From Oopsacas minuta (taxonomy: Eukaryota; Animalia; Porifera), in contig JAKMXF010000133.1 of the NCBI GenBank assembly GCA_024704765.1, forward strand, positions 558,001 through 622,000: a stretch of 64,000 bases of DNA, given 5' to 3'. The notes under the pieces are model-generated. The model was not told the DNA's origin and searched no databases. It saw nothing but the letters and a program-made list of their open reading frames with translations. Positions 35,208-50,600 of this stretch are shown piece by piece; the stretch's first letter is position 1; every line of letters starts with the position of its first letter. The translations under genes and the position numbers were made by a program.

Positions 35208-37375
35208 TTAGTTTGTTTTTTGGATATAGACAGTTTCATTCAAGTATGGAGATGGTGTGTGTGATTTCATTATCTTATCTTCATGGATTACATGGTGTTT
35301 TCTGTGATGAAGGGATGTTTTCACTCGCTTTTCGCGTTGCCTCCTGTTGCAAAACCAAACTCTAACAACTTCTTTTTCTAACTGTAGATCATCAGCAACA
35401 CGAGTTATATCTTGTGAACTGGGTTTTGCTTGTTTATGGAAGTGAATTTCCAATGAATCCTTTGCATTGACACCTAATAATTAGTAAGGAATTAATTCAT
35501 TTTTAAGGAAATTTTTCTATTTAGCTCATTGAATTAAGAGCGTTAATTGCTAACATGTAAGCTGATTATATATAGATACATCCTAAGTACGTTAACAAAT
35601 CTTAAATTAATTATACACACATTCTAGGTTACTAGAAGCCCAAAACTAGACAATTCTTATTTAACTTTTATTCTGGTGAATACTTTCAGCGTTGCATAAT
35701 GATAATCAACGTTCATAACTAACGAGTCATGAATATTAACTTACTTATTGTTGTTCTGCGCTTTCGTCTCCTATCTGGAGAATTGGGAGATTCGTCTTGA
35801 GAGGCACCTTGTCTCTCGGCTTCTTCCAACCAACGTTCTAATATTGGCATTAGTTTCATTGCATTTTTGTAAGAAAGTTGTAAGTTCTCAAAACGGCAGA
35901 TTGTTGTTTGTGAAAAATCTGTTCCATGAACAACAGCTAGAGCCTGTCCAATGGAAGTTTGAGTGTAGCCAAGTTTGATTCTTCTTTGTTTAAACCTGAA
36001 AAGAGCAAGACCATCAGATATCTCAGTATTTTTGTTTATAATAAATCAATCAAACTTAAATGTAAACACAAAAAGGGAAAGGTAGAGATGTAATAATTTA
36101 AAAAATTTGTATAGTCATTCGCGGCAATTATGATAGATCAAAGTTTGTCTTAGAACTGTAACTCAAATAATATTCGTTATTATGTGATAACGATCAAGGA
36201 GGCCAAAATTTATATACGTATGTGGACTATAAAATAAAAATTATCGATAATCGATCCTAATTTTATTTAATTAATTGCCGACAGGTCATTTACTTAATGA
36301 TGTAACTGATTAAGAATTAAGTTGTACATGACAGTGTTTGCTTCAAAGTAGTCAAATGTATTCAGGTATTGGAACCGGGGAATATAAAGAGAAAACCCTA
36401 TGAAGTAAAAATTGATCTCATAAGTTCAAATATTTTAATGAGTTTGTAAAAAATTAATATTATGGCACATGTCAGTAAAATAATTCATTACGTGAATTTC
36501 AGGTATTAACAAAAAGTTAACACAGGGAATCATTTGCATTAAAGCCTAAGGGTATGAGTTGCATTTATTAAATTGAAGATGATATCATTATACAGGAATG
36601 CAAACTCTCGATTTACCATGGTGCTGGTGCTGATCTATACTATTAAAACGCAGTTAATAATATAGTCATAATTTTCACTTACTTGCTTGCAAATTCCTCT
36701 AATTCATGGAGTTCTGGTGCAGTAGGTTCATCTGGCGATTGTTTAGGACATTGTGATAAGAGGTGTGGATTGTTAAGACTTGAGGCGAGTAAGTTGTAAC
36801 TGCCGTTTAGAAGGTCATGTGACATTGAATGTATTTTCGCATTTGGAGTAAATGGATGTTGAATATGAATTCCTTGTTGGTTGAAGCCATAACTAGTTAA
36901 TAGGAAATATAAATAATTATTATTTCAGAAAAGTATATAAGCATGTCATATAGGAAATTCCTAGGTAATATATCTATGAGTAAACTATTGTGAATTTTAA
37001 ATTCCATTAAGTATGTGATCATAATTCTTGTGTTTTTCGCAATATACAATTAGTCCAAGCTCAATTAATTACATAATTATAATACAACTCAATGCATTTT
37101 GTCAGATATGAATGAGAAATAATTTTAACATTCAATGTATATTTCGACGGGATTTTTGCATGCACTTTTATTCTGAAGGGCTGGATTTAATACTAATATA
37201 TGTAGCCCAGTCCTGAATTAAATTCGATGTTAACTTACTGTGTAGGTATTGGCTGGTGTTGTGTCCTGAATTGGAAATGAGGAGACATTGTCTGAGAAGT
37301 GTGAATGCAGTTTGGAGAAATTGACTGTGTCATTGGGTTGAGTGGAATAGGTGACTGCATTGCGATGCTAGACAT
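35208..37375 (-). CDS. POU1F1: POU class I homeobox transcription factor (Pit-1), 4 exons, about 287 aa
   Basis: Exons 37375-37239, 36892-36683, 35995-35745 and 35473-35208 (864 nt; the three donors are GTAAGT). [20 protein letters not shown]...[35 protein letters not shown] and [24 protein letters not shown] are Pit-1-specific. Confidence 0.93.
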
Positions 37376-39356
37376 TTTCAAATCCTAGAAATAATTATAA
37401 ATATTTTAATGCTGGAATTATAATTAACTTAAATTCAATAAATATAATCTACAAATCTGAGTTCATAATTAGATATTGATTTTATTCATAAAGATTGATG
37501 AATACAATTACTAACTCACTTAATACTGGTATATGATAAGTATTTGAAGTAGATAAGCAGAAGATAAGATCTGTAGTTGTTTGAATAATTATGGAGTAGA
37601 TTTACTTTCACGAATTTATATAACTGTTGTATTATGCAATTCGATGCGATATGCAAACTTACTATTATGTATGGATAATCAAACATCCCTGCTATATATA
37701 CGAAGTTTCGAAGTTTCAATTATTCATGAGCAATTGCATTATCATGGAGATGTTATTAATCGGTGCATTACCGAAATCTTTTCTTGCAGAAGATGTATAT
37801 CTATGAAATAAAGTCAAACCCAAAACGAATTTGACAGGGTAATTTCACCATAACGATAGGAATTTCAAACATAACAAGTACGGGGTTATGAATTTAACTC
37901 GGACAGTTAGGAAGTAAGTATAATACAACTTGGTAAACTTGTTAGAACAGTAATACAGATGTAATCCAAATTATAGAAACTAACGATGAAATTATAGACC
38001 AACGCAATCCGACATAAGTATATGTTGGTTTGTATGAGGTATCACTTTTCAGCTGATAAGTTAGCTTACCTAGTCGAAACATTGAAAGCAGTCAGATGAG
38101 TTTAGAGATTAAACCAATATCTGTAATACATTTCTTCGAACGCATTACTACTTGCAAAAGTATTTTCAGCTAGTAATAGGATTTGTTATTAATCTGCGAA
38201 AGTCTGTCCATTTTATCTAATAATCATCTCTTTATAGAAAAGAATTTATTTTGGTAGTTTCTAGGAAATAAAATAATTTACATCAATTGAAAAGTGTCGC
38301 AAATGTTGTATTCGAAGCATAATACATGATATAAGGATAAATAGTGTGAGTTCATTATTATTTGCAAAATTATCTAAAAATATATGCCATAGCTACTAGA
38401 ATAATTTCTATATGCCAATAAGTTTGTCGGAAATTTGATGCTGCAAGCTGATAAAATGATTTATACATGATTTGAATATTGATTTGAAATTTAATTGATA
38501 ATAATTATTAGTGATTTTTTACTTATGTTGTGTATTTCTAAAAGCTATTTTCGTTAAAATTGGATAAAGTAACGTAGCTCGACGGAGAATTTATTTTAGT
38601 TCGGCTACAAATGTTCCTGACATATACAAATATATAATTAGAGAATTAATGGTATGCCAAGGAGCCAGTAATTTGTTAGATAAAATCCTTTGATAGCTTG
38701 TTAAAGCAAGATACAACCAAAGTCTACGTATATTAATTGAAGGTAGACAAATATGCCTAATTATCTCTTGGCTTTGAAGTCTTCTTGAAAGTAAATTATA
38801 GCAATAAACACGTGGTGAATTTAAGTAGTGCCCAAATACAAAGTTCTACATTAATTATAAATAAATATCGAATAAAAGGACGTAGTTATTAATTGATAAC
38901 ACTCATTAATTAACTATGTTGAGTTATAGCATTCTATACATTAAGGCAATGGCGCGCTTAACAATATTTGGAGCAGGGATTGATTAGGTAATTAGATATT
39001 GTATATTGATCTTTTCAATTTCATCTTGGGGAATTTGAAATTTGATGATAAATTTATAAATTCAACCCCTTAGACATCTGTAAATCATAGATATTCTTAA
39101 GAAGTTATTCATAACAGTAGCAAATTGCATTTTATCTAAGAAAGTAAAGAATTTTAATGACACTGTAATTGATCGCGATAATACCAAACTTAAGAAATTT
39201 GCTTCCTAACTCTTCTTGATCTTAGAGATATTCAACTTAAATAGTACTAAAGTTTACAGCTTCACTAAAACTAGACGATGAGCGAAACACCAACTAGTTA
39301 AGGCACGCAGCTATCACAGCTAGGCCAGGACAGAATCTTTATATTTCAAGAAATAC

Positions 39357-39490
39357 TACAGTGGAACCTCCAGGAGTGGGGAGATTGGGGCCCCCGATTT
39401 CAGAGGTTCATTTGCTTGAGAATTGATGTAGTTGAAGCCATCTTACGCCACGCTTTTAAGAGAGTCCCCGCTTCTGGAGGTTCCAATGTA
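39357..39490. mobile_element. pogo/Tc1-like MITE upstream of POU1F1
   Basis: TACAGTGGAACCTCCAGGAGTGGGGA vs reverse complement of right end TACATTGGAACCTCCAGAAGCGGGGA. A solo right end of this family lies near 46560. Confidence 0.8.
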
Positions 39491-40132
39491 TATCTCAATG
39501 AATACTACAATACTACATTCTACATCATTGTTATTGCTCGTTATATTATTGTAATTATTTATGTGTATTTTAATCATCCTTCCTTATAAAAAAGTGTAAA
39601 AATACATTAAACTGCCTCAATATACTTCAAAATTATTCTAAACTAATGGTAAGGGTGTAAACCTAGTTTTTATTATCGAATATTCACAAAAATCAATCCA
39701 TATCATAATCACGCCTATAATTAACCAATCCCTGGCCCAAATATTTTTAAGCGCGCGATTGCCTTAGTATATAGAATGCTATGGTTGAGATAGAAGTGTA
39801 GTCTAAGGAATGCGAAAGGAATCTCGCTATTGAATGTTAATAACAGATCATTAGAATCTGTCTGCTGATGAATTTCGTGCGATAAGTAATATTTAGAAAT
39901 GTTGAGCAATCTGCGGTAAACAAAATTTCACCAACTTCGACAAAAATAAATTAACTTCAAAGTGTGTATCTCAAAATGAACTCTACCAACTCGATAGCCA
40001 TAACAAACGAGAACATAATTCTCTAAACTCGATTTCAATAACTATCCAAAATTTTAGGGTCCCATAATTACAATATTGACAAATATAACTGTCTACTAAA
40101 TCATTTTGCGACAACAGCCACGATTACCTGTC

Positions 40133-41506
40133 ATGTCACGTGTATTATACCGCCATCTCAACTTACTGATACTATCTAGAGCTAGGCAGATACAGGTCTT
40201 GACCATAAATAAAAGATATTATCAAATCACGCATAAAGGACCTACAAAATTCTCCACCCATCTATTCGAGCAAAAGCTCCACACTTCTACTGCATTGCAT
40301 AAAGTTATCCCGTATACTCTATCAGATATAGGAGAGGGTATTTTTGAAGTAACCATAAAGGAATGGTACATACAACCGGGAGATACAGTGAAACAATTTC
40401 AAGAGATCTGTGAAGTACAGAGTGATAAAGCTGCGGTTACAATAACGTGCAGATATGATGGAGTTATAAAAAAGTTATATCATCAACAAGATGCTTTATG
40501 TAAGGTAGGAACACCGCTAGTGGACATAGAAGTTGCTGATGACGTAGAAGGAGGAAAAGTAGAGAAACAAGAAGCAGATTCTGGGAAAGATGAGGTTACT
40601 CCGAGCGTGGATACTACCACTGACAGAGAAGTGAAGGTACTGGCTACACCACCGGTCAGAAAGCTAGCAAAAGATCTGGGGGTAAATATTACTGACGTGA
40701 TAGGCACTGGCAGAGATGGCCGGGTTTTGAAGGAAGATTTGCACAACTTCGTGAAGCCCCTTTATGACTCTAAAACTCCTACGACAGTTTCATGGCAACC
40801 ACGTCCTATAGTAACATCGTCAGAAGATAAGACTATGAAATTGACACCAATACAGACAGTTATGATTCGAACAATGACTCTATCAGGTAGAATACCACAA
40901 TTTGGATATTGTGACGAAATAAAAGCGGGTAAACTTAGAGAGTTCAAGAAACTCCTGCAAGATATCTACAGCAGTAGGGATGGAATAAGTCTCACATACA
41001 TGCCTATTTTCCTAAAAGCAACTTCAATTGCTCTCTCGCGATTTCCAATACTAAACTCGGTCTATGACGAAACTGAAGGCACAATGATATACAAGCCTTA
41101 TCATAATATAGGTCTTGCAATGGACACACAACATGGTCTATTAGTACCAAATGTAAAGAACGTAGAACAGAAATCTATTATAGAAATTGCAGTGGAGTTG
41201 ATGGAAATGCATAAACTTGGTGTTTCTGGTAAAATTAAGCCAGAACAGCTTACAGGGGGTACATTCAGTATTTCAAATATTGGAGCGATTGGTGGTACAT
41301 ATTCGAGGCCAATGATTCTACCCCCAGAGGTGTGTATAGTCGCGATTGGTAGGATTTATCAACCAGGAGGTATAGGTGATTACGTCATAAATACTAGCTA
41401 TTCAGCTGATCACCGTGTGATAGATGGAGCAACAGTTTCTCGCTTTTCTAACTTTTGGAAGGAACTGATTGAAGAACCAGCTCTAATTTCCGCAGAGCTT
41501 ACGTAA
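40133..41506 (+). CDS. DBT: Branched-chain alpha-keto acid dehydrogenase E2 (dihydrolipoamide branched-chain transacylase), intronless
   Basis: Mitochondrial-type leader, LSDIGEGI..., lipoyl motif EVQSDKA, ATPPVRKLA E3-binding domain and catalytic SADHRVIDGA. First ATG at 40133. Confidence 0.95.
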   Translation: MSRVLYRHLNLLILSRARQIQVLTINKRYYQITHKGPTKFSTHLFEQKLHTSTALHKVIPYTLSDIGEGIFEVTIKEWYIQPGDTVKQFQEICEVQSDKAAVTITCRYDGVIKKLYHQQDALCKVGTPLVDIEVADDVEGGKVEKQEADSGKDEVTPSVDTTTDREVKVLATPPVRKLAKDLGVNITDVIGTGRDGRVLKEDLHNFVKPLYDSKTPTTVSWQPRPIVTSSEDKTMKLTPIQTVMIRTMTLSGRIPQFGYCDEIKAGKLREFKKLLQDIYSSRDGISLTYMPIFLKATSIALSRFPILNSVYDETEGTMIYKPYHNIGLAMDTQHGLLVPNVKNVEQKSIIEIAVELMEMHKLGVSGKIKPEQLTGGTFSISNIGAIGGTYSRPMILPPEVCIVAIGRIYQPGGIGDYVINTSYSADHRVIDGATVSRFSNFWKELIEEPALISAELT

Positions 41507-44500
41507 CTCAGCCTTTATTCTTACTTTTCAACAAACAATAATTATTCGAATAGTAATTATATAATATAAGATATATCTTACTTACTCTGGGAAATTATCC
41601 TGCTTCCCAACCTTGGTGGTCCCCAGTGTCCACAGGATCTCATATTTTGTATTACGCTCTATGGGAAGGGGTCCACGGGTGAAAGAGGCTGGGGTCTGCT
41701 GCTATACAGGCTTATTTATACAATATATTTAAAAATCAGATAATTCACTATGATCATATTATAAATTGTATCAAATATCATCAACTGAATATTTCATCAC
41801 TAAAGTAGTGATATGTAAATTAAAATTAATTCAATTTATTATCAGCTTAAAGTTTGCATTAATTCTACACTTATAGAGAGAAATAACATGATTGGTGTGG
41901 GAGATAAGTTGAAGTCATGGTAGTTGTATCTTGTTGTGAACTATTCTATAGATCGAGTAATAATAATTGCAATATACTTGTGGATAGAGTATCTGCATAG
42001 ATAGAAAAATGATTAAATTGGAGCTATGAAGTGTATTTGATGTTTTTTGAACTCGGTTAGTAGAATCGGAGTATTTTGATACCGGTTTTTGTCTCAACCT
42101 TTTTAGTCCTCGAAAAAACCTATAAGTTGTAAAGAAATAGGATTTTGCCTGTAATACCATCAGATAATTTCGTCTATTCCTCATTTAAAAAATGTACAAA
42201 AACGATTTCTACTGCACGTACTTTCTCCAAAACGGATGATCAATTCTTGTATTAATTATATAGGAAGAATATTCGGATAAGACGTAATTCGGTAGTAGTA
42301 GTAGTATTATTTTTGTTTCACGAGGGAGTCCGAGTTATTCTGTACGATTTATACACCATCGGTTGTACAGTGACAATTGAGAAAGTAATCTGTATAGGGG
42401 ATTCGAGAAATGAATTATTGAATAAAGTAGTATGACGATAATTGAAGGAATCAGTCAAGAATTGAACCTTTAGTAACATTAGGAAATTATCGCTCCACCA
42501 TAGTTCCCAAAACAGTGTTAACAAGATTAGCACGGCCTAAGGAAAATATGTATATAATTACTCCTAGTAATACATATTAATTTCATAGAAATGGTGCGCA
42601 TTAGAGTAAGGAAATATTATAACTGCATTGATTAGTGTTTTAATTTCCTACATTATCATTCAAAAAGTACACTAGAATTATCCATAATAATTGGAGACTC
42701 ACTAATTATACATGACACCTTTGAGACATCCATTGATTCATTAGAATACATAATACGCTTAATTATAATGAAATATGTAAGACTAGCTCAAACCAAAGGT
42801 TAGGAACTAATATAGATTTCAAAGTCATACTTTGTATTCAATAATTACCCCTAAAAATAAGATCTTGTTATGATAGCTTTGGGAAGAGTATTTCCTGTAT
42901 TTTATCCGTATTCGCTTTAAATTCACACTCCTAATTAGTTTGTAAATTGCGGATACTATACTCATTACATCAGTACGGGTGCAGGTACGATAATACCAGT
43001 TTAAGACAATCATAGATTTAGCCTTTCAAAACTGTATTTCTGGCCGCATTACTCAATTCTAGAATTGAATGTATTACATCCTCCGCAAATCTGTAAGCAA
43101 ATTGCGAAATATATGTAATGATCGCCACTTTTTCGAGGAAATACAATAGAATAAATTACAAGAGCATAAATGTAAGGAAAGTTTAAACATCTACTCTGGC
43201 ATAATTAACTACAAGAAGTGGATAGGTTATGTAGAAAGCAGAGGTCACAAACAAGTGTATCTAACCACTTGAAAGTAAAAGATAATAATTTGACATGCTG
43301 ACTAAGGTAACTGATTGAGACATTGATTCTAGGAATATAAAGAACATCTGAGTCCGACACAACACATGCTTCCTTCCAATTATATTACAATTGTTACATA
43401 GCTGATGTACATAGAACAATACCTCAAGTAGACAACTATACAAATCTCTTTAGAAATAATTATACAATTATATACACACTAACAAAACTATTTCAAAGCA
43501 ATCATACAAATTGTGAAATAATTAGCAAGCACTGCGCAGACAAAACCACACAAACAAGGATACAACTAATGAGAAGTATTTTGTATACTACTTTAGTAAT
43601 TACTACATTTAGCCCAGCAAAATAACTGTACCATCTGCTATATGTATCTTATAGTTAATTGTTATATTCATCAAGTTTTATGGTTGGAAGAGAATCTAAA
43701 TTCGTGCACCATCGCGACCGGTGAACCATATCAAAATCCTCAATTGGGTTCGGACCTAGCGTTTGACAAGGAATAGATAGGAATAATGATTTGTTAAATC
43801 ATTGAGTAAAGAGCCAAATCAGATTATCTCTAGATACTTATATGATATTTCTAACATAAAAGCAGTAGAGCATTGCAAAGGTATATGTTCGCATATTTTA
43901 TCAATAATTTGTGATAACTGGATAAAAAAGCGATGATGTGAGTATAATTTGAGAGGATTTTCAATACGAATTTCCTTCACAGTATAAATGGCAAGATTAA
44001 CAAGCTATAAACTTGATATGATCACAAATATATTACCATATGAGAAGCTGGAATAGTAGCATATGCGTGAGACAATTATCTACTTGCCAATCAGTTGGAG
44101 CGGTTAACAAGTCTAGGAGAGGCAACTGTAAATCGGCTCCCCAAATGCAGTTTAATAATTGACAACAAACTATACGAAATAGTTGTTGCAGAAACATGAA
44201 AACTAAATGAACTTCACAAATACTTGAGAGAATGGCTTCTATTCAAAATATGGAGTAAACAATAAACATATAAAATAGCGAATTGAGTAACTACAATATT
44301 CACATACCTGTATACTTTCGCGTCCGCAAACAATCCAAATGAGGATATTATAATTGTATTATAATATCTTCTACCGACTAATAATTCAGCGATAATGGGG
44401 AAAACACATGTTTTTTAGTAGAAGAATGCATGAACTTTGATTCATTAATAAAAGTTAACGAAATTCCGCTACTACCAAAAGAATAATCGGTCGGGAATTG

Positions 44501-47500
44501 ATAGCTTGAGACTTGCGAAAATCTATTTAAAATTGGGTAAAGTGTTGAAATAACCACAAATATTACACAACATGGCGTAATCGGGATTAATTAGCTTCAT
44601 TAGATGTCGTTTGTTCACTTTAAAAGTTATGGTTTATTTTCACAAAAATAGCATAATAGCAAATTCTTATCTATCATATGTTTCAATTTAGTTCTTAGAA
44701 AATGAAATTAGAGTTTGCCATTAATTAATCCACACAGTATCATGAGTAGGTGACAGTTGTCTGAGCGAATATTTTATTCATGATTCCGTTAGCTAATTTT
44801 CTGATGATATTAATCAACTTATCTTTATTGCAGTCATGCTCCTTACAAACAATTTCTAGCTAATCTTGCTACGCATCTCCATATTTTCCACACTTATAAT
44901 CAGTAATTTGCCTTAATAGATAACGACATGTGAAAACTGTCATACAATTTAGAACTCACAAAATATATCCGGGGGGTTAATCAGGCCACTTTTGTCTAAA
45001 TAAATTGTGGATTATCTGTAGTGTGTAACCTGAATTCTTTTACTAATATATGCCAGATACGAAACATTTCCTAGAATGGGCGTTTAACACAGTTTTTTTA
45101 CTGCAGTTTGTGAATTTGAAATAAAACCAAAATACATAGCATATTATCAGGAATGCATAATCTGACATACAATGAGACTGGGGATAGCGTTTGCTCGAAA
45201 AGGACAAAAAATTTAATTCTTAGATACAAAGTCATCTGCAAAGAATGATAAATATCTTAATTAGGCCACTATTTACAGTAAGATTTTCTGACCAGAAATG
45301 TAACAAAATCCAAATTAGAATTAAGAAGGAATATTTGAACAGCTGAGCTATTATTTAACATGATTATAATTATGTAATACAGGTGATTATATGTGTCCAT
45401 TATCAGAGCGCATTGAGTCAGACATGTAAAATATACTTACAGTCTTAACCAATGTTATCTGAGTAAATAAACAAAAGTTGTAGTAAATTATAATATAAAT
45501 TAGTTCACAATATTCTTCAACTCTCATTTCTGGAGCCATATATGCCAAATTTTCTGATTTTTCAGGATTATGAGAAAATACTTAAATCCAACAAACATTA
45601 TTGGTAATTCATTGCGACCAAAGTTTTAGAATCAGGGAAATTGGCCTCAGTTGCTAAGCTGCGAAATACTGCAATTAATATATTAATCAAAACGGCGAAT
45701 AAATCGAAGTGGTCAATTAAACAGAGAAAATTAATAAATTGAGGTAGCAATTAGAAATTAATTGAGCGGCAGTTACAGCTGCGGAATATACTAATCGAAA
45801 GTTCTCACTTAAAACAATTAATTATAGAATTTAATATTGGATTATTAAGAGATTTGTCAAAAGTTTGCGAATGCAATGCATATGAACGTGGGTTGCAAAA
45901 TTCGCACTCTAGTGTACGACAGATCCATAATCGACTAAAACTACCTAATTTGTAATATTAAATGAGCGATCGAATTATCTGTTGACCTCGACTAGCCGAT
46001 ATGATTATTTTCAACGAATAATCACACTAAAATATTGATATAACCTTTAACCATATGTCATTTACACTAACAGTATATACAATTACAAAACAATCGCGTC
46101 AACTTATGCATAAATGTATTCTATCATTATATTATCGTCGATATTTTAGGAGAATTACAACAAATGAATATTGAATTAGGGAATAGTTTTGGCAAAAACT
46201 ATTGTAATAATATTTGAAATTCATATGTAAAATTGATCCTGAGATTGTATGTAAATTTACTAAAGTCACTGATACAGTCAGCGGAAAAGAAGGCTTGTGT
46301 ATTTGAAAATCACAGCCAAATGAACCCCAAGTGGGTATGAGTAAGGTTTGGGGTGCGCTGCAGGCAATTTTACTGAAATGATTCCAAAATTGAAAGAGAG
46401 AATGTGGTAAAATACGTTTTGTGGTATTCGTATTGCACAAATAAAGTTTACAAACTTATGAAATTCACACAACATGTTGTTTTGCAGAATGTCATACATC
46501 TAGAGAAATAACCCAAAATGAGGGAGTGATCCTAAGTGATCTCTGGACATCACACTTTTTGGAGGTTCTACTATACCGAGGTCGTTTGCTTTCCACGATA
46601 CGAAGCGTTATAGATAACCTCTAAAGTATGTTTAAACAATTAAAATATATATCAAATAAAAGAATGTTGTAAGTCTTCGATCTGAATGGAACAATAATTT
46701 CCGACTTCAACATAATAATAATGATAATGAGAATATTTCTAGGTTCGTGAAATAGAACTAACAAAGATGTCTCATTAAATATTGCGTATCCAAAATAAAG
46801 TAACATTTGAAGCAGCAAATTACGAGTCAGTGAAGCTAATCTTTAACATTTCTACTATGAAATTGCTCTGTGGTCCAATGAATAATTCTATGGGATATTA
46901 TATACAAGTATTAATTACATTCATATAATATTAATTTACGTTAATGTTCCCCTGAAGTCCCACAATAAGCCTTCATAAACTATTCATATAAATCTGAATC
47001 TTCCAGATAGCCCGACCAAAAGTAAACCAGTCAGAGCTAATACTTCGCCTTTAAGTTGATAGACAGATAGAAATAAATTCAGGGATAGCTATTTACAGAC
47101 ACAATTTTATGTCGGCTGTTAACAACACTGTTTACAGCTTAGATGCTTCCGTTTCTTATCATAACATTTGCAATTAACCTCTAACTACTACGTAAATAAT
47201 GTTCTCAGAATCACACGTAAATATTAAATTGTAAGCAAACCATGAGTTCACGCATAACATGTTCAATACACACTGTCTAGGAAACACATGTCCAACATAT
47301 GGGAGATTAATCGAAGAAAGTATTAATGAATTGTTGTTCAAGTGTGAGTTAAATTTACAATAAATTGCAATCAATCGAAAAGTGGAGTATAGCGAAATTT
47401 TATCGCTACTTATTTGACCATTAACCGCCGCCGATAAATGTAATATCCGCAAGTATTATTACATTGAAGTATCTAATAGAAATGTGTTAATTGAACTCTG

Positions 47501-47610
47501 ACTAATATTTTCATTAACTCGTCATTGATTACATGATTACAAATAAATAATATAAATTTTCTATATTACAATGCTAAAATATGTAATATAAATATTTGCG
47601 AATAAATCTA

Positions 47611-50600
47611 TTAGAATTCGTCTTTCGGCATTAACTCGTGCTGAGTGTGTTTATGGAGTTCTGCACGGAACTTTTTAATCTTCTCCTTTGGGATAAGTGA
47701 TAATTCCAAATCAGCAATTATTGTCTTAATAAGCACAGCTAACTGAGGAGAGTTAATGGAATCTCTATAGAATGTAACACTGTCATTAACTGCTACATGA
47801 ATGGGAGTAGGCTCCCATTTCAATACTTGTATGGCTTTTGTGCAGTCTATCGGTCCTCTTGTAACGGAAGGAAAGTAATACTCAGAACCTCCCTCAATAA
47901 AAGATACAGGATCAATGTTAAGAGAATTTCCAATAAGAATAATAAACTCTTGAAGTGTTAAACTCTCTGAACATGCAAGGTTGAAAACTTGATTAAGAAA
48001 TTCTGGTACGGGTTTTAATAAAGTATTTGTAATTATACCAGCTACATCTAAGCTGTAAACAAAGTTTAATTGTTGACTAGCAAGCCATGTGGGTATCATT
48101 AAAGGGAAACCTATTTCCTGATGTATAAGTGTCCATATGAAATAATACCAGAATCGGTTTGTATTGTCGCGAGGTCCAATAACATCAGGAAGACGTAAAG
48201 CAATGAAATTAAAATTATGCTTTGAGTGAAATTTCATTAGAATCTCTTCACAAGCAAATTTGTTGTGACCGTAAGAGTCTGCTTCATTGAGTTTCTTGCT
48301 TTCTTCTAAATCAACTGGACGTATGGAATCTGTTTCTCGGCTAGATTCGTTATGATCCTTTTTCTGACAAACCTCATACACAGAATCAGAACTAATATAA
48401 ATATAAAGGCCAAACTTACCTTGCATTACGTTAAGGAAGTTGGTTAGTATGTCAGGCATGTAACTACTGAAGTCTACTATAACATCAAAATAATTTTCTT
48501 TTGTGAGAACTTTACAAGATTCGATCAAATAACTAGAAAATAATGGAAATATGTGTAAACAATCTCATGAAAGGTGAAAATGATACGTATGCGAGCTAAA
48601 ACTACTAATTGAATCGACAATTCGTATTATCATTTTTTCTATAATCATGGAAATATTTGCAATCTCTGTATGCAGATCGAAACATTGAGGGATTCTATTT
48701 GAGATTTACGTACATATCATATTTCCTAGATTAAACTGTACCCATCGATATTACCTTATAACTCTCTTTATATTGAACACGGATATATAGAAATACCCGC
48801 TTTATCGTAATCTAAAAGTATGCAAATAAGGTCCCAAACAGTAACATATATTCCATTGGTTATACGTGTCGAAGTAATTATTGCGGTCCATTCAGCTCCG
48901 ATATGAAGGGAATTGACTGTATCTCAATGAATGGTACCATCTATAAATCAGAATATTTATTGAGTGGAAAACATACAGAATTCAAGAAATAATCAAAACA
49001 TTGAAGGCGTATTAATATGATATCTTCATATTTGTGATTAGTCAGCAAAGAGATTATTCAGCAATACTTGTCCCTACATTTCTAACCCGCTAAGCAAGAA
49101 ATTCATTTATTAACCTATATGTCTGTATTTCCATTCATAACCGAACAAATTCTAATTTAGAGTTCAAAATGTAGGCAGAAATAGAATTGTGCTATCAAAT
49201 AGCGGTTATATTCACCTGACCTATAGGGTTTAATGTTGTGTGTCGAAACTACTTGAGAAATCCCAGAATGGAGCAAAATATGACGAGATGAGAAATATTT
49301 CTACCACATTCTTAGCCGTCTCAAAACATTCAAAATAATTGCTCAAATTTGTGGAAGTTCGATTTCGCAGGGAAATATTCATGAAATATATAAATAATTC
49401 GAGCAAATTTTCCGCAATCGATAACATATATGATTTTGAACTCGGGTATAATGTAACTAAAGAAAAGAGAACACATTTGTAAATAGAATAATGAATTATT
49501 AGATGTTTGAATTGAACTTATAATTACGGTGGAATTTGCTATACCGAGTGGCGGCTCTACATAGCAACCACTTTTGTGACATATTTCGTAAATTCTGAAG
49601 GCCAAAACAGTGGAAAATGTCGATATTTTGGCGGGATTAAGCAAAATAAATTTAGTATTCTGATTCAATACGCTCTTAACACAAATATCCTAATCAGTTA
49701 GCCAGACAGAATTAAATTTAATAACTCAATCTATTACAAATTTACAATAAATTCTAACCATAACAATCACTGACAAACCAAAAACGTTATTCAAACAATT
49801 ATTAAAAACTGGAAAGACAACTCAAAGTATTCTAGAATATTCTTCAATTCTCATTCACAAATTGCACCAAATCAAAAATTTACAGTTTTTGTTAAAATTC
49901 CTGTAACGGAAGCAGAAGCGACACTAATGAATAGGTTCTACGACTCTGTAAATATCTTAAGAATCTCCATTACCACTCGCTTCCATAAGATATCCACATT
50001 TTACATGAGTGCTACGTACTTGATATATATTAAATAGTCAAATTTTATTGATAACAACTCGATTAATAAGTTTCTACTGGGTATCTTACTCATATTTGAT
50101 AGAAAATATATATTGCTGATCCTAATTGATGGTAATTTATGTCGAAGTGAGTTGATAAATCCGTGCAAATATATTGGAAAGCACAATTGACTCCTTTTCA
50201 CACGAATGTATTACAAAAGATTCAGTGAAATCATCAGCTGAAGTTCCAAACGAATATAGAAATACGAAAAAAGCTATCTATCAATACTAACATGTGTGAA
50301 TTCAGCTGAAAAAACGGACATGCTATTATTCGCGTCAGAGGTTGAAAGACCAGAAAACCAATACTGAATATCAACGACGCGTAGATTAAATTATAGCTGA
50401 TTGCAAATAATAGTATACGTTCGGTAATATACACCAAACGAATGATCAGTATGCTTAGAGAACATGTGTTTATCACAAATACATTTGCAAAATGGGTATA
50501 TACATTTAAGGAAGTAAATTATGAATGATATTACAGAGAGATAAGAATTTTCAATGCAAGAAGAAAAATAATTATTAGTATTATTAAATTAAACTGGAAT

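Noticed and set aside
43150-43620. Hydrophobic minus-strand frame with many stops (also 49330-50476), possibly a decayed membrane-protein gene
   Set aside because: AT-rich DNA yields hydrophobic translations by default; no family motif supports it.
43681-43770. GGGTTCGGACC, resembling a tRNA T-loop / Pol III box B
   Set aside because: No cloverleaf, acceptor stem or convincing box A could be built.
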